A model generated the notes under the pieces. The model saw only the letters and a list, made by a program, of their open reading frames with translations. It was not told the origin of the DNA and did not search any database. From positions 663 through 64,662 of the forward strand of contig JBBSPV010000020.1 in the NCBI GenBank assembly GCA_038258425.1: 64,000 nucleotides of DNA, written 5' to 3'. The stretch comes from Solirubrobacterales bacterium (GTDB taxonomy: Bacteria; Actinomycetota; Thermoleophilia; Solirubrobacterales; Solirubrobacteraceae). Made by a program: the position numbers and the translations under genes. Below are positions 43,467-51,944 of this stretch, piece after piece (positions within the stretch are counted from its first letter, which is position 1; each line of letters starts with the position of its first letter).

Positions 43467-44638
43467 CGTCCCCTCCGCGCCCCGGTGTCGCGCTGCTCGT
43501 CGCGCCGGCTCTCGCGCTCATGCTCGCGGCGTGCGGGTCGGGGTCCGGCTCCGGCGCGGGTCCGAGCCGCCAGACGTGGACCGACGTGCGCGCGCGGGCC
43601 AAGGGCCAGACCGTGCGCTGGTGGCTGTACGGCGGCGACGCCCGCGTCAACGCCTACGTCCGCCGCTCGGTGAAGCCGGCCCTCGCGCGCGCGGGTGTGA
43701 CGCTCGAGACCGTCCGGGTGACCGATACCGCGGACGCCGTCTCGCGCGTCGTCGCCCAGCGACGCGCGGGCAAGACGTCCGGCGGCGCCGTCGACCTCAT
43801 CTGGATCAACGGCGAGAACTTCGCCGCGGGCAAGCGCGCCGGGCTGTGGCTGCGCGACTGGGCCCGGACGCTGCCCAACGCCCGCTACGTCGACCGCGGC
43901 GACCCGACGATCGCCCGTGACTTCCAGGTTCCGGTCGACGGGCAGGAGTCGCCCTGGAGCCGCGCCGGGTTCGTCTTCGCGGCCGACGAGCGGCGCGTGC
44001 CCGATCCGCCCGAGGACCTCGACGCGCTGCTGGCCTACGCCAGGGCGCACCCGGGCCGGGTCACCTATCCCGCGCCGCCGGACTTCACCGGATCGGCCTT
44101 CGTGCGCCAGGTCGTCCGGGCCAAGGGCGAGGACCGGGCGTTCGCCTACCTGCGAGCGCTGAAGCCGTACATGTACCGCCGCGGCCGGGTCCTGCCGAAG
44201 TCCGAGGCCGAGCTCAACGGCCTCTTCGCCAACGGGCAGGTCGACCTGGCGATGTCCTACGACGCGAGCTTCGTGCTCACCGCGGTGCGCAAGGGGCAGT
44301 TCCCCGGCACGGCGCGCCCCTTCGTGCTCGCCGGGGGCACGCTGACCAACACGTCCTTCGTCGCCATCCCGGCCGACGCCGCGCACCCCGCCGCGGCCAA
44401 GGTCCTCGCCAATCTGCTGCTCGACCCGCGCCAGCAGGCGATCAAGGCCGACCCGGACGTGCTCGGCAACCCGACGGTGCTCGACCCCTCCCGGCTGCCG
44501 GCCGACGCACGCGCGCGCGCCGTGCGGGCGAGCCGCTCGCCCTACCTCCTGGCCGACCTCGGGCGACCGGTGCAGGAGCTGGCGGCCGCTGACGTGCCAC
44601 GGCTGGAGGCCAGGTTCAAGCGCGAGGTCCTGCGATGA
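43463..44638 (+). CDS. ABC transporter substrate-binding lipoprotein (YnjB-like)
   Basis: Lipobox LMLAACGSG. DLIWINGENF and SYDASF resemble E. coli YnjB-type binding proteins. GTGA overlap upstream. Confidence 0.7.
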   Translation: MTSPPRPGVALLVAPALALMLAACGSGSGSGAGPSRQTWTDVRARAKGQTVRWWLYGGDARVNAYVRRSVKPALARAGVTLETVRVTDTADAVSRVVAQRRAGKTSGGAVDLIWINGENFAAGKRAGLWLRDWARTLPNARYVDRGDPTIARDFQVPVDGQESPWSRAGFVFAADERRVPDPPEDLDALLAYARAHPGRVTYPAPPDFTGSAFVRQVVRAKGEDRAFAYLRALKPYMYRRGRVLPKSEAELNGLFANGQVDLAMSYDASFVLTAVRKGQFPGTARPFVLAGGTLTNTSFVAIPADAAHPAAAKVLANLLLDPRQQAIKADPDVLGNPTVLDPSRLPADARARAVRASRSPYLLADLGRPVQELAAADVPRLEARFKREVLR

Positions 44639-45459
44639 CGAGCCGCCCCGGCGGTCGCCGGGGCGACCTGGCCCGCCTGGCCCCGGCGAGCCTGACGGTC
44701 CTCGTCCTCTTCGGCGGGGCGCTGGCGGGGGCGGTGCGCACGTCGCTGGTCCCGCTGGGTGGTCCCCCGGGCCTTGAGGCGTGGCGCGCGCTCGTGCACA
44801 GCCCGGGCTTCGGCGAAGCCGTGCGCTTCACCGCACAGGTCACCGTGCTCTCCACCCTGCTGGCGGCTGGCGCCGGGCTCGCGCTCGCCGCGGCGCTGCG
44901 GCGCCGGGGCGTCGTCGCGCGCTCGCTGCTGGCCCTGCCGGTGACGGTGCCGCACCTGCTGGCCGCGACGCTCGCCGTGCTCTGGCTCGCGCCCGGCGGC
45001 GTGGCGGACCGGCTGCTGGGCGGGCTACCGGTCGACATCGTGCGCGACCGCGCCGGTCTCGGGATCGTGCTCGTCTACGTGTACAAGGAGGCTCCGTTCC
45101 TGGCGCTGCTCGTGCTCGCGGGCTGCGGGCCGGCGCTCGCCGAGCGGGAGGAGGCGGCCGCCGTGCTCGGCGCGACGCCCTGGCAGCGGCTGCGCTGGGT
45201 CACGTGGCCGGCCGTCCGCGCCCCGCTGCTGCTGGGCTCGGTGATCGTCGCCGCCTACGCGGCGGGCGCGTTCGAGGTTCCGCTGCTCGTGGGGCCGAAC
45301 TTCCCTGCGACGCTCTCGACCTTCGCCTACGAGGCGACCCAGGGCGACGTCGTCACCGGTCAGGGCCAGGCCGCCGCCGCCCTCCTGCTCGTCTCGGGCT
45401 TCTCCGTCGCGCTCGCCGCGATCGCGGTCCGCTTCGCGCGCGACGTCGAGGGCGCCTGA
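44635..45459 (+). CDS. ABC transporter permease
   Basis: Six hydrophobic segments and an EAA-like loop (EREEAAAVLGATPWQRLRWVTWP). ATGA overlap upstream. Confidence 0.8.
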   Translation: MTSRPGGRRGDLARLAPASLTVLVLFGGALAGAVRTSLVPLGGPPGLEAWRALVHSPGFGEAVRFTAQVTVLSTLLAAGAGLALAAALRRRGVVARSLLALPVTVPHLLAATLAVLWLAPGGVADRLLGGLPVDIVRDRAGLGIVLVYVYKEAPFLALLVLAGCGPALAEREEAAAVLGATPWQRLRWVTWPAVRAPLLLGSVIVAAYAAGAFEVPLLVGPNFPATLSTFAYEATQGDVVTGQGQAAAALLLVSGFSVALAAIAVRFARDVEGA

Positions 45460-45460
45460 G

Positions 45461-46255
45461 GTGCCGCTCGCGACGGCGCGCGGCCGCACGGCGGGCCTGC
45501 TCCTCGCCCTCGCCGGCGCGCTGCTCGTGGCCGTCGTCGTCCTCCCCCCCGCCTCGCTGGTCGTGCAGGCCTTCGCCGACGTCTGGCGGGCGCCCGCACT
45601 CGTGCCGCAGCGCTTCGGCACCCGCGGCGTGCAGCTGGCCTTCGGCTCCGGCGGGGCCGGCGCTGCCCTGCTGACCTCCCTCGCGGTCGCCACGGTCACC
45701 ACCGGCCTCGCCCTCGTGCTCGCGTGGCCGGCCGCCCGCGTGCTCGGTGAGCGCCGGCTGCGCCATCCCGGCCCGGTGGCGCTGCTGCTCGCCATGCCAC
45801 TGCTCATCCCCCCCTACGCCGTCGGAACCGGCCTCACCGAGTGGTGGCTGCGCCTCGGCCTCGCCGGGACCGCGGCCGGCCTGGTGCTCGCCCATCTCAC
45901 CCTCGTGCTGCCCTACGCGGTGCTGCTGCTGCTGCCCGGCTTCGGCCCCGGGCTGCGGCGCCTGGAGGAGATGGGCCGGGCGGCGGGGCTCTCGGGCGTC
46001 CAGCGGCTGCGCTGGGTGACGCTGCCGGTCGTCCGCCCGACGCTCGCCGCGGCGGCGCTGCTGTGCGCGCTCGTCTCCTGGAGCCAGTACGGGACGAGCC
46101 TCGCCGTCGCGCCGACCCGGCCGACCCTGCCGGTGCTCCTGCTGCCGTTCGTCGGGACGGACCCCCAGGTCGCCGCCACGCTGTCGGTGCTCTTCCTCGC
46201 ACCGGCCCTCGCGGCCCTCGTCGTGACGGTGCGAGCCCTGCGGGTGACGACGTGA
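45461..46255 (+). CDS. ABC transporter permease
   Basis: EAA-like loop LEEMGRAAGLSGVQRLRWVTLP, with six hydrophobic segments. Confidence 0.8.
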   Translation: MPLATARGRTAGLLLALAGALLVAVVVLPPASLVVQAFADVWRAPALVPQRFGTRGVQLAFGSGGAGAALLTSLAVATVTTGLALVLAWPAARVLGERRLRHPGPVALLLAMPLLIPPYAVGTGLTEWWLRLGLAGTAAGLVLAHLTLVLPYAVLLLLPGFGPGLRRLEEMGRAAGLSGVQRLRWVTLPVVRPTLAAAALLCALVSWSQYGTSLAVAPTRPTLPVLLLPFVGTDPQVAATLSVLFLAPALAALVVTVRALRVTT

Positions 46256-47451
46256 GCGCGGCGCTGGACGTCCGGGGGCTCGTCGTCGCACCGGGCCACG
46301 AGCCGGTCCTGCGTGGGGTGGACCTGTCGGTCGCCGCCGGCGAGCGCGCCGTGCTCGTCGGGCCGAGCGGCGCCGGCAAGACGACGCTGTTGCGGGCCAT
46401 CGCCGGCCTGCAGCCGGTCGCCGCGGGCACGGTGGCGCTCGGCGGCCGGCGCCTGGACGACTCCGTCGCGCCGCACCGGCGCCGCGTGTCCGTGGTCTTC
46501 CAGGAGCCCCGGCTGCTCCCCCACGCGCGGGTGGACGACAACGTCGCCCTCCCGCTGCGGGCCGCCGGCGTCGGCCGAGGCCCACGGCGGGCCGCGGCCG
46601 CCGCCCGGCTCGAGGAGGTCGGCCTCGCCGGTCTGGCCACCCGCCCGGCGCGCGGGCTCTCCGGCGGGGAGCAGCAGCGCGTGGCCGTGGCCCGGGCGCT
46701 GTGCGGGGACCCGCAGCTGCTGCTGCTCGACGAGCCGTTCGCGGCCGTCGACCCGAACCGGCGGGAGGCGCTGCGGCGGCTGATCGTCGACGTGGGCCGC
46801 GAGCGGGCGCTGACGACGCTCGTGGTCACCCACGATCGCACCGAGGCGGCCGAGCTCGCCGAGTCGCTCGCCGTCATGCTCGCCGGGCGCATCGCCCAGC
46901 AGGCGCCGCCGTGGCGGCTGTTCGAGCAGCCGGCGAGCGCCGCCGTGGCGCGCTTCTTCGGCGCCGTCAACGTCCTGCGCGGCCAGGTGACCGGCGGCCG
47001 GCTGCGGCTGGACGACGGGACCTGCCTGGCGGTCGACGGCGCCGACGGCGACGCGACCTACGTCATCCGGCCCGAGCGGGTGCGGATCGGGGCGGGGCAC
47101 CTGCGCGCGGAGATCCTCGCCGCGGTCTACGCCGGCACCCACGTGCGGGTCACCCTGCGCCTCGGCGCGCAGCTGCTGACCGCCCACGTGCCGCCCGGGA
47201 CCGCGGTTGCGCCGGGCGCCGTGGTGGCCGTCGAGGCGCCGCGGGACGCGCTCTGGCGGCTGCCCGTCGTCGGGGCATCGGGCTCAGCCGAGGACGAGGA
47301 CGGCCATGCGGATCCGCTGGAGCACGGTGACCCCGACCAGGCCGGCGAAGATCCACGCGATGGTCGCCGCCGCCCCGGGGAACAGACACACGGCGACGTA
47401 GGCCACGATCGTCTCGGTGCCCTCCGCGAGGCCGGGGGTCAGGCGCAGTGA
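46252..47451 (+). CDS. ABC transporter ATP-binding protein
   Basis: Walker A GPSGAGKTT, signature LSGGEQQR, Walker B LLLLDEPF. After about 47270 the frame looks non-native and overlaps the convergent gene by 168 nt. Confidence 0.8.
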   Translation: MSAALDVRGLVVAPGHEPVLRGVDLSVAAGERAVLVGPSGAGKTTLLRAIAGLQPVAAGTVALGGRRLDDSVAPHRRRVSVVFQEPRLLPHARVDDNVALPLRAAGVGRGPRRAAAAARLEEVGLAGLATRPARGLSGGEQQRVAVARALCGDPQLLLLDEPFAAVDPNRREALRRLIVDVGRERALTTLVVTHDRTEAAELAESLAVMLAGRIAQQAPPWRLFEQPASAAVARFFGAVNVLRGQVTGGRLRLDDGTCLAVDGADGDATYVIRPERVRIGAGHLRAEILAAVYAGTHVRVTLRLGAQLLTAHVPPGTAVAPGAVVAVEAPRDALWRLPVVGASGSAEDEDGHADPLEHGDPDQAGEDPRDGRRRPGEQTHGDVGHDRLGALREAGGQAQ

Positions 47452-47883
47452 TCGCTCGTCCCGGAAGGCCGGCTCGCGCTTCTCGACGAGCGAGGCGAAC
47501 GAGAGCAGCGCCACGTTGTTGAGCAGGTAGGCGGCGAGCAGCACGGTGCAGGCGACCCGCGCGCCCGGCAGCGCGACGGCCACGCCGACGACGAAGCCGC
47601 CGTAGACGACGAAGTCGGCGAGGAAGTCGAGGAAGCCGCCGAGGTCCGAGTCCCCGCCGCCGGCGCGCGCGACCGCCCCGTCGAGCCCGTCGAGCCCGCG
47701 GTTGACGAGCCACAGAGCGAGCGCCGCCCACCACGCGCCGAGCGCGGCGGCGACGCAGGCGCCGAGGCCGACCCCGAGGCCGGCCGCGGTGACCGCGAGC
47801 GGCCGGACACCGCGCGCCGCGAGTCGGTCCGCGAGAAGCTGCAGCGTCGGCGCGTAGCGAGCGCGCAGCGGGCCGTCCAGCAC
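47284..47883 (-). CDS. CDP-alcohol phosphatidyltransferase family protein (second copy)
   Basis: NRGLDGLDGAVARAGGGDSDLGGFLDFLADF fits the DG-x2-AR-x8-G-x3-D-x3-D motif. 199 aa, GTG start. Confidence 0.75.
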   Translation of the reverse strand: MLDGPLRARYAPTLQLLADRLAARGVRPLAVTAAGLGVGLGACVAAALGAWWAALALWLVNRGLDGLDGAVARAGGGDSDLGGFLDFLADFVVYGGFVVGVAVALPGARVACTVLLAAYLLNNVALLSFASLVEKREPAFRDERSLRLTPGLAEGTETIVAYVAVCLFPGAAATIAWIFAGLVGVTVLQRIRMAVLVLG

Positions 47884-47942
47884 GGGCGAGAGCCTACGCG
47901 GCGGCCCTGAACCGATCGTCGCGGCCCGGGGTCCAACCGCCG

Positions 47943-48446
47943 ATGCACGCCAAGCGCCCGAGCCTGCGCGCCGCCCAGGCCGTCGCCCTGCTCACCGGCG
48001 CGCTGTTCCTCACGGCCGTCGTGGCCCCGGAGGCCGGGCGCTTCTACTGGACGCCGCTGACGCTCGGCGTGACCTACCTCGCCGCCGCCCTCCTCGGCCG
48101 GCGCGACGGTGGTCACTGGGCCACCGCCTGCGGGCTGTGCGGCTGGGGCGCCGCCGTGGTCTACGCGGGCGCCGCCCGCCCCGACCTCGACACGTCCGGG
48201 CTCTACCTCGCGGGGGCCGGCCTGGGCATGGCGGCGGGCGTCCTGCTCGACCGCGCGGGGGTGCCGGTCAGCACGCTCGGGCTCGCGGTCACGATTCTCG
48301 CTGGCGGCGCCGTGCTCGCGCTGACCGCGAGGTTCCCCGACGTGCTCGAGGACGCACACACCTACGCCGCCGCGCTGGCCCTCGTCGCCGTCGTGAATCT
48401 CGGCCTGGCGGCCCGCGAGCTGCGCGCCGGGCGGGCAGAGCCGTGA
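47943..48446 (+). CDS. hypothetical membrane protein
   Basis: 167 aa with 4-5 hydrophobic segments. No motif recognised. Confidence 0.5.
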   Translation: MHAKRPSLRAAQAVALLTGALFLTAVVAPEAGRFYWTPLTLGVTYLAAALLGRRDGGHWATACGLCGWGAAVVYAGAARPDLDTSGLYLAGAGLGMAAGVLLDRAGVPVSTLGLAVTILAGGAVLALTARFPDVLEDAHTYAAALALVAVVNLGLAARELRAGRAEP

Positions 48447-48512
48447 CCGCCGGCCCACCCTCCACCCGCATCGGCCGTCCCGACGCGCCCATCGCGCACG
48501 CGCTGCCGAGCG

Positions 48513-49136
48513 GTGCGGGTACGGTGGCCGGCGGTGACTGCCGATCGCATCCGCGCGGGAAGCGCCGCTCGGACACCGCCCGACGAGGACCTCGTGCGCC
48601 GGGCCCAGGAGGGCCGGCAGGACGCCTTCGAGGTCCTCGTGCGCCGGCACGCCGATCAGCTCCACGCGATCGTGCTGCGCTTCTGTGGCGACGCCGGCGA
48701 CGCCGAGGAGATCGTCCAGGAGACGTTCCTGCGCGCCTGGCGTGGCCTGGGCGGCTTCGAGGGGCGCTCGCAGTTCTTCACCTGGCTGTGCCGGATCGGC
48801 CTCAACGAGGCCAAGCGCCGGGGCAGCCGCCGGGCCCGGGGCGACGGCGCGGGCGCTGTCGACGCGGCGGCCGCCGAACTGCCCGACAGCCGGCGCTCTC
48901 CGGAGACCGAGGCCGAGCGCCACGCCCTCCGCGCCGCGTTGGAGGACGCCGTCCGCGACCTCCCGGCGCGCTACCGCGCGCCGCTGATCCTGCGCGACAT
49001 CGAGGGCCTGAGCACGGAACAGGCCGCCGCGGTGATGGAGCTCGGCGAGGCCGCCTTCAAGAGCCGCCTGCACCGCGCGCGCCTCGCCGTCCGTCGGGCA
49101 CTGCGCGCGACCCTCGACAGCCAGCACCCCGACTGA
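48513..49136 (+). CDS. ECF-type RNA polymerase sigma factor
   Basis: Region 2: FEVLVRRHADQLHAIVLRF...DAEEIVQETFLRAW. Region 4: LPARYRAPLILRDIEGLSTEQAAAVMELGEAAFKSRLHRAR. Confidence 0.85.
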   Translation: MRVRWPAVTADRIRAGSAARTPPDEDLVRRAQEGRQDAFEVLVRRHADQLHAIVLRFCGDAGDAEEIVQETFLRAWRGLGGFEGRSQFFTWLCRIGLNEAKRRGSRRARGDGAGAVDAAAAELPDSRRSPETEAERHALRAALEDAVRDLPARYRAPLILRDIEGLSTEQAAAVMELGEAAFKSRLHRARLAVRRALRATLDSQHPD

Positions 49137-49137
49137 C

Positions 49138-49377
49138 GTGAACCCCCGGCACCTGATCGACCATCTCTGGACGCGACCGCGCCTGTCGGCCTACCTCGAC
49201 GGCGAGCTCGACCCGTCCCAGCGGGCACGGGTCGAGCGACACACCGGGCGCTGCCCGCGCTGCCAGGCGCTGCTGGCGTCGCTGCGGCGGATCCGGGACG
49301 GCCTCGCCGCGCTGCCCCTGCGGCCGGCCGCCCCCGGGCGGGCGGACGCGGTCATGGCTCGGCTGGGGCGGACGTGA
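49138..49377 (+). CDS. zinc-finger (zf-HC2 / ZAS-type) anti-sigma factor, short cytoplasmic form
   Basis: 79 aa with LSAYLDGELD and HTGRCPRCQ (H-x3-C-x2-C). No TM segment. It starts 2 nt after the sigma gene stop. Confidence 0.75.
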   Translation: MNPRHLIDHLWTRPRLSAYLDGELDPSQRARVERHTGRCPRCQALLASLRRIRDGLAALPLRPAAPGRADAVMARLGRT

Positions 49378-49988
49378 AGGGTCGCCTCGGCCGCCGGGGC
49401 GCGCGCGCCATGGTCCCGGCGCCGCTGGGCCCGGGCGATCCGGTCCCGGAGCTGACGCTCACCGACACGCGCGGCACGCAGGTGCAGCTCGCCGCGCTCG
49501 GCGGGGTCGAGACCCTGCTGATCTTCCTCCGCCATCTCGCCTGACTGCCGTGTCGCGAGCACCTGGTCGAGGTGCTGAACGAGCGGCCGGCCCTCGACGT
49601 GCGCGTCGTCGTCGTGGGCTTCGCCGCCGCCGGGGCGCTGGGCGAGTACCAGCACCGCCTCGGCCTCGACGACGTCCCGGTGCTCAGCGATGCCGAGCGC
49701 CGCAGCTACGCGGCGTTCGGCCTCGGCCGCGGATCGACGGCCCGCGTCTGGCTGCACCCGCGCGTGTGGCGGCGCTACTGGCAGCTGCTGCGCGCCGGCC
49801 ACCGGCTGCAGGCCGCGCACGAGGACACGCGCCAGCTCGGCGGCGACGCGCTGCTCGGCCCGGACGGGCGGGTCCAGTGGATCCACCGCAGCCGCGGTCC
49901 CGAGGACCGGCCGAGCCTCGAGACCGTGCGCCGGGAGATCGAGCGTGGGCGTGCGCATCGGCGGCCGCCGGCGGCACCCGGCCCTTGA
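49374..49988 (+). CDS. AhpC/TSA-type peroxiredoxin-like thiol oxidoreductase interrupted by one in-frame TGA (candidate selenocysteine, or nonsense pseudogene)
   Basis: GTG 49374 (GTGA overlap with the anti-sigma stop) reads ...PELTLTDTRGTQVQLAALGGVETLLIFLRHLA-TGA-LPCREHLVEVLNERPALDVRVVVVGF..., in the same frame as track ORF 49572..49988. The TGA (49542-49544) occupies the first position of the expected CxxC. Confidence 0.6.
49558..49576 (+). other. hairpin 13 nt downstream of the in-frame TGA (SECIS-like candidate)
   Basis: AGCACCU-GGUCG-AGGUGCU: a 7-bp stem with a 5-nt G-rich apical loop that starts 21 nt after the UGA. Confidence 0.3.
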
Positions 49989-50044
49989 TCCGCCGGTTCG
50001 CGGGTGATTGGCTGTGCGCGCCGAGTCGCCTGCAGCCCGATCCG

Positions 50045-51097
50045 ATGGGAGACGCCGTGAATCCCGCCCTCGCCCCGAACGTTCCCCGCGCCCCCGCCGC
50101 GCCCCGCCGGCCGCGGTCGCGCACCGCCCTCGGTGCCGCCGCCGTGCTCGGCGGCGCGCTGCTCACCCCCGGGGTCGCCGGCGCACAGGGCGGCCCGCCG
50201 CCGGCACCGACGGCGACGGGCGGGCACCGTGTCCAGCTCGTGGCGCGCGGCATCACCTCGCCGACGCAGATCGCCTTCGGCCACGGGCGGATCTTCGTCG
50301 CCTCACCCGGTGACGAGCAGACCGGCAAGGGCGCCGGGGTGTACCGGATTCGCCGTCACCGCGTCCACCGGATCGCCAAGGCGCCGGTCATCGGCCTCGT
50401 CTTCACGCATGGCAAGCTCTTCGCCACGAGCCGGAACAAGGTCCTCGCCTGGAGTCGCTGGCGCCACGGGCGGTTCACCCGGCGCGCGGTCGTCTTCCGG
50501 CGCCCGCCCGCGCAGCTGCCCTTCCTCGAGACCATGGCCGTCGGCCACGACGGCCGGCTCTACATGGGCTCGAGCGACGCCGGCGACGCCGGCCCCTTCG
50601 GCACGCCCTTCAGCGGCCGGGTCTTCGCGATGCGCCGCGACGGCTCGGGGCTCGAGGTGCTCGCCAAGGGCCTGCGCCAGCCGTTCGGCATCGCCTTCGT
50701 CCGGGGCAGCCAGAGCCCGTACGTCGGCAACGAGAGCGACGAGAGCGAGCCGACGCCGCCCGACTTCATCGTCCACGCCGTGCGCGGGAGCGACTTCGGC
50801 TTCCCCGCCTGCCAGTGGGTCCAGGCCGGCGCTCCGGCGTGCGCCGGCAAGACCGCGCCGTCCCTGCTGTTCCCGCCGCACGCGTCGCCGACCGGCATGG
50901 TCGGCCGCGGGAGGACGCTCTACACCGCGTTCTTCGGCGGGACCACGAAGGCGGGGGCCGAGCTCCGCGCGCTGCGACCCAACGGGCACTCGCGGCGGAT
51001 CGTCCAGAGTCCCGCGCCGCTGATCGGCGTCGGCCTGCGCTATGGCCGCCTGTACTTCGGCGACGTCACCGGCGCCGTCTGGCGCGTGAAGCGCTGA
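50045..51097 (+). CDS. secreted beta-propeller protein (PQQ-dependent sugar dehydrogenase / NHL-like)
   Basis: Signal-like RRPRSRTALGAAAVLGGALLTPGVAGA. LRQPFGIAF and repeated strand patterns are also present. The family call is moderate. Confidence 0.55.
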   Translation: MGDAVNPALAPNVPRAPAAPRRPRSRTALGAAAVLGGALLTPGVAGAQGGPPPAPTATGGHRVQLVARGITSPTQIAFGHGRIFVASPGDEQTGKGAGVYRIRRHRVHRIAKAPVIGLVFTHGKLFATSRNKVLAWSRWRHGRFTRRAVVFRRPPAQLPFLETMAVGHDGRLYMGSSDAGDAGPFGTPFSGRVFAMRRDGSGLEVLAKGLRQPFGIAFVRGSQSPYVGNESDESEPTPPDFIVHAVRGSDFGFPACQWVQAGAPACAGKTAPSLLFPPHASPTGMVGRGRTLYTAFFGGTTKAGAELRALRPNGHSRRIVQSPAPLIGVGLRYGRLYFGDVTGAVWRVKR

Positions 51098-51105
51098 CCG
51101 CGGAG

Positions 51106-51786
51106 TCAGTTCCGACCGGCGTCGCGGGCGAGGATGAGCTCGGCGACGTCGGTCAGGTCCTTCCCGCTCACGTCGGGCGCCGGACCCAGCGGGCTGGCGA
51201 CCATGCCGGGCCGGGCCACGAACGCCGCCTGGCAGCCGGCCGCGAGGGCGCCCGAGACGTCCCAGGCGTGCGCCGCGACGAGCCGAACCTCGCCGACCGC
51301 CACGCCGAAGCGCTCGGCGACCATCCGGTAGGGCTCGGGAGCGGGCTTCAGGCGCCCGACCTCGTCGGCGGAGAGCACCCGGTCGAAGCAGTCGCGCAGC
51401 CCCGCATGGACCAGCTGGGCCTCCGCCACCTCAAGGACGGAGTTGGTCAGCGCCGCCATCGCCAGCCCGGCTTCGCGCAGGCGCAGGAGAGCGCCCGCCA
51501 CCTCCGGATGGGGTGGCAGGCGCCGCATCGCGCCGACGATCTCGTCCGCCGTCGACGTCTCGAGCTCCCGGCCGGTCCGCGCGGCGAGCATCGACAGGGC
51601 GCCGTACTGCGCGGAGGTGAAGTCCACGTACCGGCCGGTGGCGATGCCGACGAACGACAGCTGGAGCATCTGGGCGAACCACGCCTGCCGTAGCCCGGCG
51701 TCCCCGAAGGCCCGTTCGAAGAGCGGGTCCAGCGCGCGCAGGTCCAGCAGGGTCTCGTTGACGTCGAAGGCGAGCACGCGGGGCAT
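51106..51786 (-). CDS. haloacid dehalogenase type II / HAD-superfamily hydrolase
   Basis: AFDVNETLLD (motif I), ALTNS (motif II), and K...AHAWDVSGA (motifs III/IV). Confidence 0.75.
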   Translation of the reverse strand: MPRVLAFDVNETLLDLRALDPLFERAFGDAGLRQAWFAQMLQLSFVGIATGRYVDFTSAQYGALSMLAARTGRELETSTADEIVGAMRRLPPHPEVAGALLRLREAGLAMAALTNSVLEVAEAQLVHAGLRDCFDRVLSADEVGRLKPAPEPYRMVAERFGVAVGEVRLVAAHAWDVSGALAAGCQAAFVARPGMVASPLGPAPDVSGKDLTDVAELILARDAGRN

Positions 51787-51944
51787 GCCCCGATCCTGTC
51801 AGCTTCCGTCCCACGGCCGGCGCCGTGGCCACCAGGCCGGCACCGCCCGGCGGTAGGCGTCGTACTCCGCTGCCGACGACGAACCGCGCGAAGGCTGCAG
51901 GAGCACGAGCGCGCCGGCCGCGACGGCGTGAGAGGATCCGGGCC

